DNA of 64,000 nt from Malacoraja senta (taxonomy: Eukaryota). Below are positions 38,801-51,300 of the stretch, piece after piece. The notes below the pieces were generated by a model. The model did not search any database and had not been told where the DNA came from. It worked only from the letters and a program-made list of their open reading frames with translations. The DNA is taken from contig CM075989.1 of assembly GCA_038087875.1 (NCBI GenBank), forward strand, positions 17,300,001-17,364,000, in the 5' to 3' direction. A program made the position numbers and the translations under genes. Position 1 is the first letter of the stretch, and each line of letters begins with the position of its first letter.

Positions 38801-39146
38801 CAGCACTTTGATTTTTGCCCACAGTTTCAGGACCAATTACTTTTTATCCTCAAAACAGCAATTCTGTTTATATCTCTACAGATCCTGAGTGATGGTCATA
38901 ACGAAAGGGCAGGGACTGCGATGGACTGGAAGGAAGAAATGGTTGATGGACGATGCAAGGAAGAGAGATTTGGAATGGCAAGGCGTGGCATGAGAGGAGT
39001 TAAAGGTAGGAGCAGCAGAATTATGATCTGCAATTGTTGAAGTATGCCAATTTTAAAAGGCTCTAAGTGTAGGAGTGAAATTAAAAGGGAGATAGAGAAG
39101 ATATGAAAACATAGTGGCAAATAAAAACAAACAAAACTAAGAAATC

Positions 39147-39174
39147 CTGAAGAAGGGTCTCGACCCGAAACGTC
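39147..39174 (+). ncRNA. Minimal hammerhead motif in a short PLE-derived element
   Basis: ctgaagaagggtctcgacccgaaacgtc, intact core. Confidence 0.65.
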
Positions 39175-39229
39175 ACCCATTCCTTCTCTCCAGAGATTCT
39201 GCCTGTCCCGTTTTTTGTGTCTATCTTCA

Positions 39230-40320
39230 AAGAAAACCTAAAGTTGCTTTATGTACAGAAAGAGCAAGAGGATATCTAAGGAAGAAGGACTTGTTTGGAT
39301 GTAAAAGGCAACCCCATATGGAGGCAGAAGATGCGATTCAAAGATCTGTATTAATATTTTGTGACCAAGTTCACAAAAGAGTGGGGCGATGTTGATGTGG
39401 TTGAAGTAAACAAGTGTGAAATATCTAATGGGATGAACATAGTAAAAGTGGAAGTATTAAGGAGTTTATCATCTTTGAACGTCACTAAATCATCAGATCC
39501 AAAAGGAATATATCACAAGTTGATAAATGAGGAAAGGGAGAATATTGCAGCTACTCTGAAAGCAGTTTTCCCAATCTTTTCCGGCTACAAGAGTGTTGCC
39601 AGAGAATGAAATAACTGCTAACAATGTACTAAAGTTTTGAAAAGGGAGAAAGTGACAAACCCAGTAACTACAGGCCAGTGAATGTAACTGGAGTGGTGGG
39701 CAAATACTTGAAGTTATTCAAGAATGGCAGTGCAAATGATAAATAAAATAGGCACAGTTAATGGGGGGGGGGCTGTCGGCATGGATTTGGTCAGGGGAGG
39801 TCATGTCCGATTAAAATAAATGATCTTTCGAAGAAGAAATAATGAAGGTTGAGGAAGAGAGTGCATTTAATGTTCTCAACAGACTTTGGCAAGGACTATT
39901 GACAGGGATCCAAAGCAGAGTGATTAGCAGAATCCAGGTTTGGCTCAGTGACAAGAAGCAAAGTGTTTATGTGATTGGAAAGTTATTGCTAGTGCTGTTC
40001 CCTGCTTTTTCTAATATATATTAATCATTTAGAGCTAGACAAGGTGGGGAGGGGTCAGCGAGGAGAGGGTAGGAGTGCTTGATAAAGAAGTTTGCAGATT
40101 ATACATACACACACACACATATATATATATATAAAATATAATAATTTTAATCAGGAGAAGTGTATGCTAATGTATTTAGGGAGATTCAACAAAGTAAGAT
40201 ATGCAATGCCAAAGGGGATCTTTGGTGATGTAGAGGAATAGTGACCTTGGAACACATGTCCACAGATCCTGAAAGGAAGTATTACATCAAAAAAGAGGGT
40301 TTAAAAATGTAATAGCTTAA
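39230..40320 (+). mobile_element. Ancient CR1 RT relic
   Basis: Degenerate KS.DPKGIYHKL..E, PSNYRPVNVTGVVGK, HGFGQGRSC, WLSDKKQSV and KFAD motifs in order. Confidence 0.7.
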
Positions 40321-40329
40321 ACATAAAAT

Positions 40330-41230
40330 ACATGAAGACCACAAGCTGAAGGAACAAGAGATGGCTTTTTAGCCTCTCACGCTTGCTTCACCATTCAATA
40401 GGATCATAGCTGCTCCAAAATTCCTCATCCAATTTCCTGCCCATTCCCCATAGTCCTTGATTCCCCTGCTGTTTGGAATCTACCTTAATATTAAATATAC
40501 ACTCTGTGGCAAAGTTTTCCAAAGATCCACACCCCTTCCAGAGAAGAAATTCTCCCTCACATCGGTCTTAACTGTGCTCCCCCTTATTCTGGACTCTGGC
40601 CTGACAAATCTTGCATGTTTCAATAAAGCCACCTCTCATTCCAACTCCAATTAGTAGAGTCCATAAAATAACCCATCTGAACCTGAATTCTTTCTAATTT
40701 GCCTTCTTTGAACAACCTCCAATTAAATAATATTGTTTTGAATTATTCACAATACTCCAGATGTGGTCTTGTTAGTGCCATATACAGCTGCAGTAAGACT
40801 GCCCCAGATTTAGACTCATCCCCCTTGAAAAGGGGCCCTCTCTTTAACCTGCTCCACTGTGCACTAGGTTTCTGTAGTCCCTGCACAGACTCCCAAATTC
40901 CTTTTTGCTGCAATTTCCATTCATTGAAACATTTCTAAATAATGTTCTGTTCTCCCGTTTTCCTTCCAAAATGAACATATTCGTGTTTTTCCACATTATA
41001 CACCACTTACCAATATTCTGCACACTCACCAAACCCATCAGTATCTTGCTATAAACTCTGTATATATCCTCCTTGCAGCTTTCTTCCCATTAATTTTAAT
41101 TTCATCCACAAATACATTGGCTTCCGTCTTCCAAGAAATAAACATTGTAAACTGCACTGATCCTTGTGGTACCCATTGTAGACTGGTTACCAACCCAAAT
41201 ATGACTTTCTTATCCATATTCATTATTTCC
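40330..41230 (-). mobile_element. Ancient CR1 3' relic
   Basis: Minus strand VPQGSV, FVDE, RPHLEYCE and a CR1-like 3' UTR. Confidence 0.65.
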
Positions 41231-44091
41231 TGCCCCTCAAATGTTCTGATGCAACTATGCTGGAACTGAATAAAGACTCAAATATTTGTGGATATGCTCA
41301 AAGCCTCCTTGGGAAAAAGAAAGTGTCTCAAGGGATTCCTTGGTACACAATTGCTCATAGTGGAGGAAGAGGACTAGCATTGAGGATCTCGAGTCCACTA
41401 AGAGTACACAGAGGCTCAATGCAAACAGAGCAGCACCTCACAATACCCACCCACTGCACCATCCTGGGAGAATCTGCACTTCTATAGCCATAGGTGGGAT
41501 ATATCAGTAGTACACAAGTATAGTGTTTGTAAGATAAAAATCTCACAGTGTTCGCACTTCACACGTGACAATAAAATTACCATTGAACCATTTGAGCATG
41601 GAGGGAGCATACATATTCCTTGCTGCAAACAACATTCTGGAAGTAAGGAAATACATTTTCTATGAGAAATACATTGTTATAGATGGTACGAAAGCTATTC
41701 TATTTGGGGTCTTCGATCCAATTGCATGTCCAATAATCTGATAGCCCTAGCAAAACCAAAGATGTACAATTACAGGCATTGTGCTGAAATTGTCAGATTA
41801 TTCAAATCTACAGACATCTGAAATAGCAGGGAGTCACACGTTTGAGATAAAGAGTCAAAGAACAGCAGAAATGTCAGTCAATAAATGGCAATGTGAAAGG
41901 ATTTATATAGGCATCTAAACAGTGACAGGTTCACACATTTGACTGGACTTGGAAAACAAATCGCAGCCTCAATGAACCTGAAAGTGATAATTGCATGAGA
42001 ATTTCATCCATCACCAGACATGAAGATGATGGCAGATTGTTGTCAGAACACAGCAGTTAAATCTCCATTCCCAGAGCAAAGTATCATATGCTGAAAATTC
42101 CTACTGCAAATGCAATGACAGCCATCCATCACGTCTGCTCCTTTAAGCAGGCAAGGTGTCACACAACACGTATCAAAGAAAGGTATGCAAATCCATGCCT
42201 AAAACTACCCTGGTTGGTTGTGTCGTAAAAATGTAAATGCTTCACAGAGAGGAAAATACAGAGGAGATGTGTGCAGAAATTACTGATGCAATAAATCAAT
42301 GGAAATGAACGGAAATAATACAATGCGTGGATAAATGACTAAAGGGAGATGAACACTCAGCAGGTGAAGAAGGGTTCCGACCCAAAACGTCACTCATCCT
42401 TTTCTCCATAGATGCTGACTGACCCACTGAGTTACTCCAGCACTTGGTGTCTATCTTTGGTACAAAGCAGCACTGCATTTCTTTGTTTCTGCTTAAAGTA
42501 CAGCAATAGTTTCTTCTACTGTGGTAACGACCTTAAGGAATTAATTTACCTTCCCTCGACAAAAAGTAGAGTTATTCTCAAGCCATACACTGTTGAAGTA
42601 CTGACGGTATTTGGTCAGATACAATCGGTTATGTTCTAATGACCAACGATTGAAATTGCCAGTGGTCATTGCTTAGCTAGGCTCTGTATTCCTTGGAGTT
42701 TAGAAGAATGAAGGAAGTCCTTATTCAAACATGCATGACCCCAAGAGGTCGTGACAGCGTAGATACCAAAGATACTAGAGGAGATGTTTTAATTAGTGGA
42801 GTGTCACAAGCAAGGAGATGTAACTGCAAAAATAAATGGCTGGCTATTTGAAACTGAGATGCACAGAGATTTCTTGTTAGATGATTTAGTGTCTCTGGAA
42901 GGTGGCAGAGGCCAGATCGTTAGATATATTTAAGGTGGAGATGGACAAATATTTGAACGTGGGAGAAATTGAAGGTTATGGGAAACTGGCACAGAGGAGT
43001 TGAGGCCAGCGTAGATCAGCCATAATCATGTTACTTGGCAGGATACACTTAAGTATTGTCTTTTAGCTGACTGGTTGGCATGCAACAAAAGCTTTTCACT
43101 GTACCTCGGCACAAGTGACAATAAACTAAACCAGACCTGGTGGCTCACTCCTGCTTCTACTCTCCTTTGCTCATGTTATGCAGAGTGACCTTATTACCAT
43201 GTGATGACCAAGGAGAAATTCGTTCACTCAAGGGGTGGTCAACAATTGGATTCTCTATCCCGAGTGGCAGTAGTTACTCAAGTGTTGATTTCATTCAAAA
43301 ATGCGAAACGTCGCCCATTTCCTTCGCTCCATAGATGCTGCCTCACCCGCTGAGTTTCTCCAGCATTGTTGTCTACCTTCGAACAGTCAGTGCAAGAAAA
43401 CTCATGTTTGAGGTAAAAGTATTGAGATGGAAGTTTAACCAATATTATAGTGAATGGTGAAGCGGGGCTGAAGGGTAAATAGCCAACTTCCATCCCTGTT
43501 TCTTAATGTTCTTATTAAATAATAAAGATAAAATGCTGGAAAAACTCAGGTGGTCAGGCAGTGTCTGTGGAAAGAGAGACCATTAACATTTCAGGAGAGA
43601 GAGTGAACAAATTCATTTTAAGTTGGAGTAAGAGTGGGGAAGGATGGATAGGATACAGGGAATACCTCACCTACAAGAAACATTCCCTTTGTCCCAGCCA
43701 ACTCTCTCTGCAAATGAAAACAAACTTGTTTTTCCTTGTTCCTACTTTTAATGCAACGTCTTTGACCTGAAACATTAACACTGTCCTTAATCTCACAAAT
43801 CCTACACAGCTGCTGAATGTTTCAGGCATTTTGTGTTTTCAGTGCACGTTTCCAGCCTCAAGATTTTTTTCATTAGAATGTCATCCAAGGCAATCTAAAG
43901 AAAGATTAACTGGACAGATGAGTTTATTGAGCATTATCCTATAGTGGCCCAAGAGGATTCTGCTGTAGGGATGGAGAGCAGCATGTTTACTGAGCATCGG
44001 TGACTGGTCATGTACGCATCAAAGCCATAGAGACAACACTGATACTCCTTCAGACACATTGCAGTGATGAGAGTGGAAGAGAAAAAAAAAA

Positions 44092-44503
44092 CAGGGTGGC
44101 ACAGCAGTAGAGTTGCTGCCTTACAGTGCCAAAGACCCGGGATCGATCTTGGCTACAGGTACCCCGTGGATTTTTTTCCGGGTGCTCCGGTTTCCTCTCA
44201 CATTCCAAAGACGTGCAGGTTTGTAGGCTTAATGGCTTCCGTAAATTGCCGCTAGTGTCTAGGACAGAACTAGTGTAAAGTCTACATCAACGTGTGAAAG
44301 GCAGTGTAATATCCTAATCCCTGTCAACACGCGCTTTCCAACAGGATCATGTTTGACAGCAGAAGGTGAATGGGAGTTGATTTCTACAGCTCATGACAGA
44401 CCCAAAGAATGTGTGTTACACAGCAGACCTCAATCTTTCGGTGGTTGGTGTAGACTGGTGGGCCAAGGGGCCTGTTCAACACTGTATCTCTAAACTAAGC
44501 TAA
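44092..44503 (+). mobile_element. V-SINE interrupted by a 154-bp duplicated segment (44279-44432)
   Basis: Head and V-domain run to gaactagtgta (about 44277). Tail resumes at about 44440 (ggtggttggtgtagactggtgggcc..tgtatctctaaac). Confidence 0.85.
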
Positions 44504-47100
44504 AGGGTCCTGACCCAAAACGTCGCCTATCCATTTTCTCCAGAGATGCCGACTGGCCCGCAGGGTTACTCCAGCATTTTGCATCTATCTCTAGTATAAA
44601 CAAGCATTTACAGTTCCTTTTTAAACAGAAAGATACTCTGTTGAAGCACATTTGGGAGTAAACTCCCAAAGGTTTGATGAAGGCGAGCAAGTGTCCCAAT
44701 GTGGGTTGCCAACCATTTTGTAACAGAGTGTACAAATTGCCTACTGACTTTGGATGGCTGAAGTGGGGACACAGAACCTTTGCCCATGTCCCGACAATAT
44801 GGATGTAAATAGGATAGCACGAGGGGGAGATTTTCACAGTGAAGAATGAAGGCTAATATTACCAGTGTTGACGAAGATGATTTAGAGCCAGCATGCACAG
44901 ATTTTCCAAGTATGCCACGCAAGACCTTCAGAGATATCCCTACAAACTTGCAGATGGCCACTGCCACCATTTCAAAGAGTCCACATCAACGTGTGCGAAA
45001 GGCAAAATAATTTCCTAGTCCTTGTCAACACTCATTGTAACAGGAACATGTTTGACAGCATAAGGTGAATGGGAGTTGATTGCCATAGCTCATGACAGAC
45101 TCAAAGACTTGGTGTTACACAGCAGACCTCAGCTCCGGTCACATCTGTTTGAACGCTTTCTGCGTAGGAACAGGACAAGATGTACGTTAATTCCCCAGCC
45201 CATCCAGCCCCCCCATAGTGTACCCGAGTGGGCTGTGTGTGTTCTCAGCTCTTCCAAAGCTGTTTGAGTCTAGGCATGAATCATCGCTGAGCTAATTTCC
45301 TATTCAAGCATCATGCAAGGCCACATTCCAGCACAGGATTCATCCCAGCAGAGTGGCTGAGGCTGTACAGACTGTGGTTGGTCTACACCAGGCAAGCCTA
45401 GAGGTTTGGGTGGAGGAACAATGGATGATACAAACCAGAATTATGATTCCCACCATGACACTTCAGAGGAAGCAAAGCCAAACCGTTCAAACAACAGGAG
45501 AATAAGTGGGCGAAGATTGAAGAACAAGTAAGACAGACATACGTGGCGTGTTGGTGAGATAGTACACATTTGTAATGCCAAACAATACCTTCAAATGAAG
45601 AAACGAGTGATGAATTTATTCCAGAAGTCTACACAGGTTCTACCACTGGAAAAGATTGAAGGTGGGATCACGTTCAGCAGAGCACACAAGGGAAGAGTTG
45701 AGATCAATTTCTGCACTTTCCAGATCAGGAGACAGCCACAGCCTGAAACCTGATCACAATTACACAGGGCCAAGTGTCTGAGAACGCCAGACTCAACCTG
45801 TCATTGTTGTACATACCGGAACCATTCTTTCAAATGAGGAAATCAGTGTGATATACGTGTAAATAAATATGTGAATGAGTCATGTGTATGCGAGCGACAG
45901 ATGCAATGACATAATTCTACACGTGGCTTAAGCACACATGATAATTGTTGTTACTCCTCCATAAAGCGTTAACACATGTGCTGAAGCCCCGGGTCATCTC
46001 ACCCATTCACTCACCAGAACTATCCAAAGATAGACACAAAAAGCTGGAGTAACTCAGCAGGACAGGCAGCATCTCTGGAGAAAAGGAATGGGCGACGGTT
46101 TAGGTCGAGACCCTTCTTCGAACTATCCAATCTCAACTTTTGACTTCAATCACAAGCCGCTTCCTGAAATCCAAATCTGTCAAGCAAGTCCTTGAAATTC
46201 TTATAAATAAGACAAAATGCTGAAGTAACTCCGCGGTTCATGCTACATCCTTGGAGAACATGGATAGGTGATATTTTGAGATGGGAACCTTCTTCAGACA
46301 ATCTCATAGCAATTCTCTTCGTAAATGGATTCTCATTTGAAATTCTCGTAGTACGTGATACAAATATGTCTTCATCAGCAAACTCCAAGCATTCCCAATA
46401 GTAAACTAAATTATGATGATTTATAAATTGTACAGCCTTTCGGATGCACTGCAATGCGCAAGAATGCACCGAAGAATATTCTGCCCTATATCTTCCCCTT
46501 TGCTCTATCTATTGTATTTGAGTTTGAGCCGATTGCTTCTATGTGCAGTACATGTGATCCGTTTGGACAGCATGCCCAACAAGAACAACTTGTGTTACTC
46601 CTCTCTAGCAGCAGAATACATTCACAGCAGGGTTAAGATGCCATGCTGCCCCATCATCCCATTCAACCATTCAAGCAGAACAAGACTGATTTGCTCCTCT
46701 GTTCTATTTACTCCGTGCCTCCCAACAGTCTTACTTAATCAAATTCAATTAAACTCTATTTTGAAAGTTCCATTGAAGTAAGTAGTTGTGAATTTCCACT
46801 CCTTTTGTAATAATGGTGCTTCCTCTATCCATTCAAAGGTGCTTCCAATTCATTCTCCCACCAGGACAAATATCTTCTCTGCATCAACCTTATTACACAC
46901 ATGAATCTTCCCTGCTGTAGGCTGATTGTTTGTTGTATACCCACGTTACCACCACAATCCTGGTACACAAACGGCTGCTGAAGGTGGGGTGCGAGGGGGT
47001 ACACTTGCTGGGGTAGGGTGCAGAGAGATGTGGGCATGACTGCACATGGCTGATAGATTGACCGCATTGTGATTGTTTTCATTCAAACAAGCCTTTGCTT

Positions 47101-47390
47101 TAGGAGTGGCAAAATGGTTGCTGTCATACAGCGCCAGAGACCCATGTTCGATCCCGACTACGGGTGCTGCCTGTATGGAGTTTGTATGTTCTGCCTGTGA
47201 CCGCATGGGTTTTCTCCAGGTGCTCCGGTTTCTTCCCACACTCCAAAGATTTGTAGGTTAATTGGCTTTGATAAGAATTGTAAATTGTCCCTTGTGTGTA
47301 GTATAGTGCAAGTGTACGGGGTGATCACTGGTCAGCACGGACTTGGTGGGATGAAGGGCCTGTTTCCACACTGAATCTCTAAACTAAACA
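47101..47390 (+). mobile_element. V-SINE
   Basis: B box gttcgatcc, V-domain, tail. Confidence 0.87.
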
Positions 47391-47559
47391 AAGATATGGA
47401 ATCGTACAGTTCCTGGGCTTGAATCTCTATCCAGTCATGAGTAAAATAAACTCCATGCTAAATAACTCTTAAAAGCAAACATCACATAAACCATAGATAT
47501 AGCTTCGATAAAGAATTTAAACACACATAATTTTTTTATTTCAAGGAACTTTTACTCAC

Positions 47560-47603
47560 CAACAGTGTCACAGGGCTCATCTTTATTTACACAGAAGTCA
47601 GTC
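47560..47603 (-). CDS. ADAMTS17: ADAMTS17-like 44-bp coding exon (about exon 7), (R)TDFCVNKDEPCDTV(G)
   Basis: Not in the ORF track. Minus strand reads TTTGCAG|G ACT GAC TTC TGT GTA AAT AAA GAT GAG CCC TGT GAC ACT GTT G|GTGAGT. Phase 2-1 joins exactly with both neighbouring exons. Confidence 0.93.
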
Positions 47604-47812
47604 CTGCAAACAAATGGGAAGAGGGGATAATTTTCTGAAGACAATCCTTCATGTAGCGCTGACACAACCAGAAAACTAGGCAGCATTCGGCAATGTTGCA
47701 AAATTATGCTTGTTAAATGACAAATTCAAACCAAACAAAAAGGCTCTCCACTCAGTGAAGTTTTAGTAGAGTGTGTGGCAATGAGTGGGGATGAAAAGGA
47801 ATTATAGTTCTG

Positions 47813-48340
47813 TTTCAGTTTAGTTTATTGCCATGTGTACTGAGGTACAGTGATAACCTTTTGTTCCGTGCTATCCAGTCAGCAGAAAGACAATACGTGA
47901 TTACAATCGAGCCATTTATGATGTATAGCGACATGATAACAGGACGACAGATGGCGCAATGGGCTAAGTGTTCGGCTGGCAACCGGAAGGTAGCCGGTTC
48001 GAATCCCCCTTGGAGTGCATACTGTCGTTGTGTCCTTGGGCAAGACACTTCAACCACCTTTGCCTGCGTGTGAATGTCTGTGAATGTGTGTGAGTGATTG
48101 GTGGTGGTCGGAGGGGCCGTAGGCGCAGATTAGCAGCCACGCTTCCGTCAGTCTGCCCCAGGGCAGCTGTGGCTACAGAAGTAGCTCACCACCACCGAGT
48201 GTGACTGAGGAGTGAATGAATAATGCGATGTAAAGCGCCTTGAGTATTAGAAAGGCGCTATATAAATCCCATCCATTATTATTATTATTATGATAAGGGA
48301 ATAACTTTTAGTGCAAGGTAAAGCCAGCAAAGACTGATCA
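47813..48340 (-). mobile_element. Rex1-type 3' UTR fragment, split by a CORE-SINE insertion
   Basis: Reverse complement of 9300-9490. Colinear on both sides of 47940-48289. Confidence 0.75.
47940..48289 (+). mobile_element. tRNA-derived CORE-type SINE with L2-type tail (AFC-like)
   Basis: A box tggcgcaatgg, B box ggttcgaatcc, CORE gtgtccttgggcaagacactt, stem-loop tail gtaaagcgccttgagtattagaaaggcgctatataaa, (att)n. 7-bp TSD atgataa (47933-47939 and 48290-48296). Confidence 0.88.
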
Positions 48341-51300
48341 ATCCAAGTTTCCGTGTCATTTCAATTGGCCATCCCACCTCCGGTTGAACCAGATTGACAG
48401 GATCAGGGGAAGTGCTATTCTAATTGCTCCTGGTTTACAAGCAGAGCATCATTCTCAGTGTTGATTAGTGGTTTTAGACATGTTTTCTTGCATTTTATAA
48501 CCAAAGCTGGTGACACAGCTTCAGCTCCCCCAGAGCACTGGACAGCTTCCTCTCACACCCACTATCATGGTCTTGCATTGATGGCTACTGGGCTGTAATA
48601 TAAACATGAAGTGTGTGGAATTAATTTACTGACAGCTCCCCTCCCATTTATCTCTGGGATATTCTATATTGCAAATAGCAAGCGGATACTTTGATCTTTT
48701 ATAGTCACGATCCAGCAACGCTTCAATGAAGCCAGATCAATATAAAATGAAGATGATGGAAATGCCCAGTGGGTTTGACCACATCAAAAACTTTAGTTGC
48801 CATCTGTCAGCTCACTGTGGACACTACTGATGATTTGGGCAGCCTCTGACACACTTGGTTCCAGTGAGACCTCACAAAATATAATTCCTCTACGATTGTT
48901 ACCCTGGCTGCAGTTATGGTCAAAAGAAGGACTATTTTTTAAGCCAAATCTCCATCCAGCACCTTACTCCCAACTGAGTTGTAGACGGAGGAACCTTTCT
49001 GTGCACATGACCTACAGATCAATGCCATCAAGATTCCTTGGAAGTTTAACAAGATTTTTAAAAAAATCTTGGAGAAACAAGGTACTGCAGGTGCTGGTTT
49101 ACACTAAAAAAAAACAGACAAGGTGCTGGAGTAAGTCAGAGGGTCAGGCAGCATCTCTAGAGAACCTGGAGCGGTAACGTTTCGGGATGGGACACTTCTT
49201 CAGATTAACTGCAGTGAGGGTGTGGAAGAGAGTAGGAAAAGAAAGTAGGAAGGTAGGAGGGGCAGGACAAAGCCTGGCAAGTGATAGATGGATACAGGCA
49301 AGGGGGCGGCGGAGGGGCTGATACGCAGATGGTAGAACAGAGACGAAAAGACTGCAGATGTGAGGCAAGGATGGAAGTGCGAATTGTGAAGGACAACAGG
49401 TGGAAGGGGAGGGGGCTTGTAGGTTAGTCAATCTCTCTTCTTCGTGCATTTCTTCCAGCACTGAATTGCAATGTTACAATTTTAGCACTTTTTGAGAATA
49501 CTTAGCCAAGATTGGGCTGATTGATCTGCCATTGACCCGATTATGTACTGGTCATCAGTCAAATAGCAACTGAACACCTACTCCACCACCTTGCACTGAT
49601 GTGAAGTTCCCAGTTACCCCACTTAAGCTTCATCTTGCTCTAAAAATCAATTGCCTCTCCCGAACACCTCACTAATATTGAATCCTCAATTCACATCAAT
49701 AAAATTCAACTTGAATCACAACTTGCTAAATAGCATCAATAACATCAAGGAAAGACTGCTCCCCTCATTGTTAAAAGTTAGAATATTAAAAATGACCAAA
49801 CACTTGGTCAACAAGGTAGGTTTTACAAAGAATTTGAAAAGAGAAATGATAAGCAGGGGAGAATTGAGGGGGGAAATTCCAGATCTTAGTAGCTGCAGCC
49901 AGGGTAACAATCGTAGAGGAATTATATTTTGAGAGAATTAAGAAGCTCGAATTGGGGACAGAAGAAAGATCAAAGGGCTGTAGATCCAGTGCAAAATGAG
50001 GGAGCAAAGTTAATGAGATACCCACAAACAAAGAACAAGAACTTAAAACAAAATGAAAATCAAAAACCACACACAATGATAACCTCAACTAAAAACAGGT
50101 GGTCAGTTGGAAGAACTCAGAAGGTTAGGCAGTATATGTGGAAAGAAAATTAGTTAAGCATTCAGGCCCACGACCCTGTATCGGGACATGCAGAAACATT
50201 CGCTCAGGAAAACCATCAAATTTCAACAGCTTCAAAAAAAATCGCTTCTTCTGAGCATCATTGCAGAAACCGATTACAGTTAAAAGAATGGAAATGCATT
50301 ACTAAAACCACAATGTTCCAATACGGATACACAACTGCTCCATTATACTACCAGAGGAACCCAACGGTTTCTTGCAAAGAATGGGACAGAGCAGGCAGGG
50401 CATCAGCAATTTATTAGCTGAAGAAAATATACATAAAATAAAGAGCAGGGCAGACTTTGAATTTGCTGCCGTTTTCCCCAGAAACAGGTCTGCAGTCAAG
50501 GGCTGGCTGTCAGTTACATTGGCAAGGAGTAGGTTGGCTTCCAGCTGCCAAATCTGTGGCATTTTGCCCTCTGAGTGGAGTGGGTACCTAGAGAGAGTTC
50601 CATGACGCACAGTCAGTCATCAGCACTGCTACAAATTACCTTGATCCAGAGAAGAAAAAACCCCTCCACTAAAATCACCTCACTGGACCAGCCTTGGCTT
50701 AAATTCAGTGTGCACTTCAGATCTGCAGCTGCTCAGAGAACAGTTTTATCCTCATGAGCAGAACGCATTATAGAAGCACCTCAGCACAATAATCACATAC
50801 AAGCTTTAGCATTCCTATTTACGAGTTCAATGTCCATGAGAGTGCAGGGCATATTTTAAAGCACATCTTATTGGTGCTGAATTTACCGTCATGTTTTGAA
50901 ATGGTTTTATATTAATTTTTTTGAAAATGTGTATGTCAGTAACTTTCTTCCCAAACACTCAGTATTACATCATTCAGGAATGCAGATTTATACAGTACAT
51001 TGAAAATCTCACAGGTGCTTTATTTTAACTGCCTTGGAAGCTTTGTCACAGCTTTGGCACGTTACCAGGACAGTATCAGACCCTCTTGGTTCAGGTTTAT
51101 TATGTTAACCATTTTCACATAACTGAAATATTCTTTGCCAAGGTTGGATTTAAAAAAAAAAAAATTAAACAAATGTTGTGCTTTGGACGTTCCCAGCCAA
51201 AGGGAGTGAGGAATGCTGTCATCCCTCACCCACAGGTTGTAATGCCAGGCTGCAGACCCAGAGCACAACTTGCTGATGTGAAATGATGCAATGTGGACCT

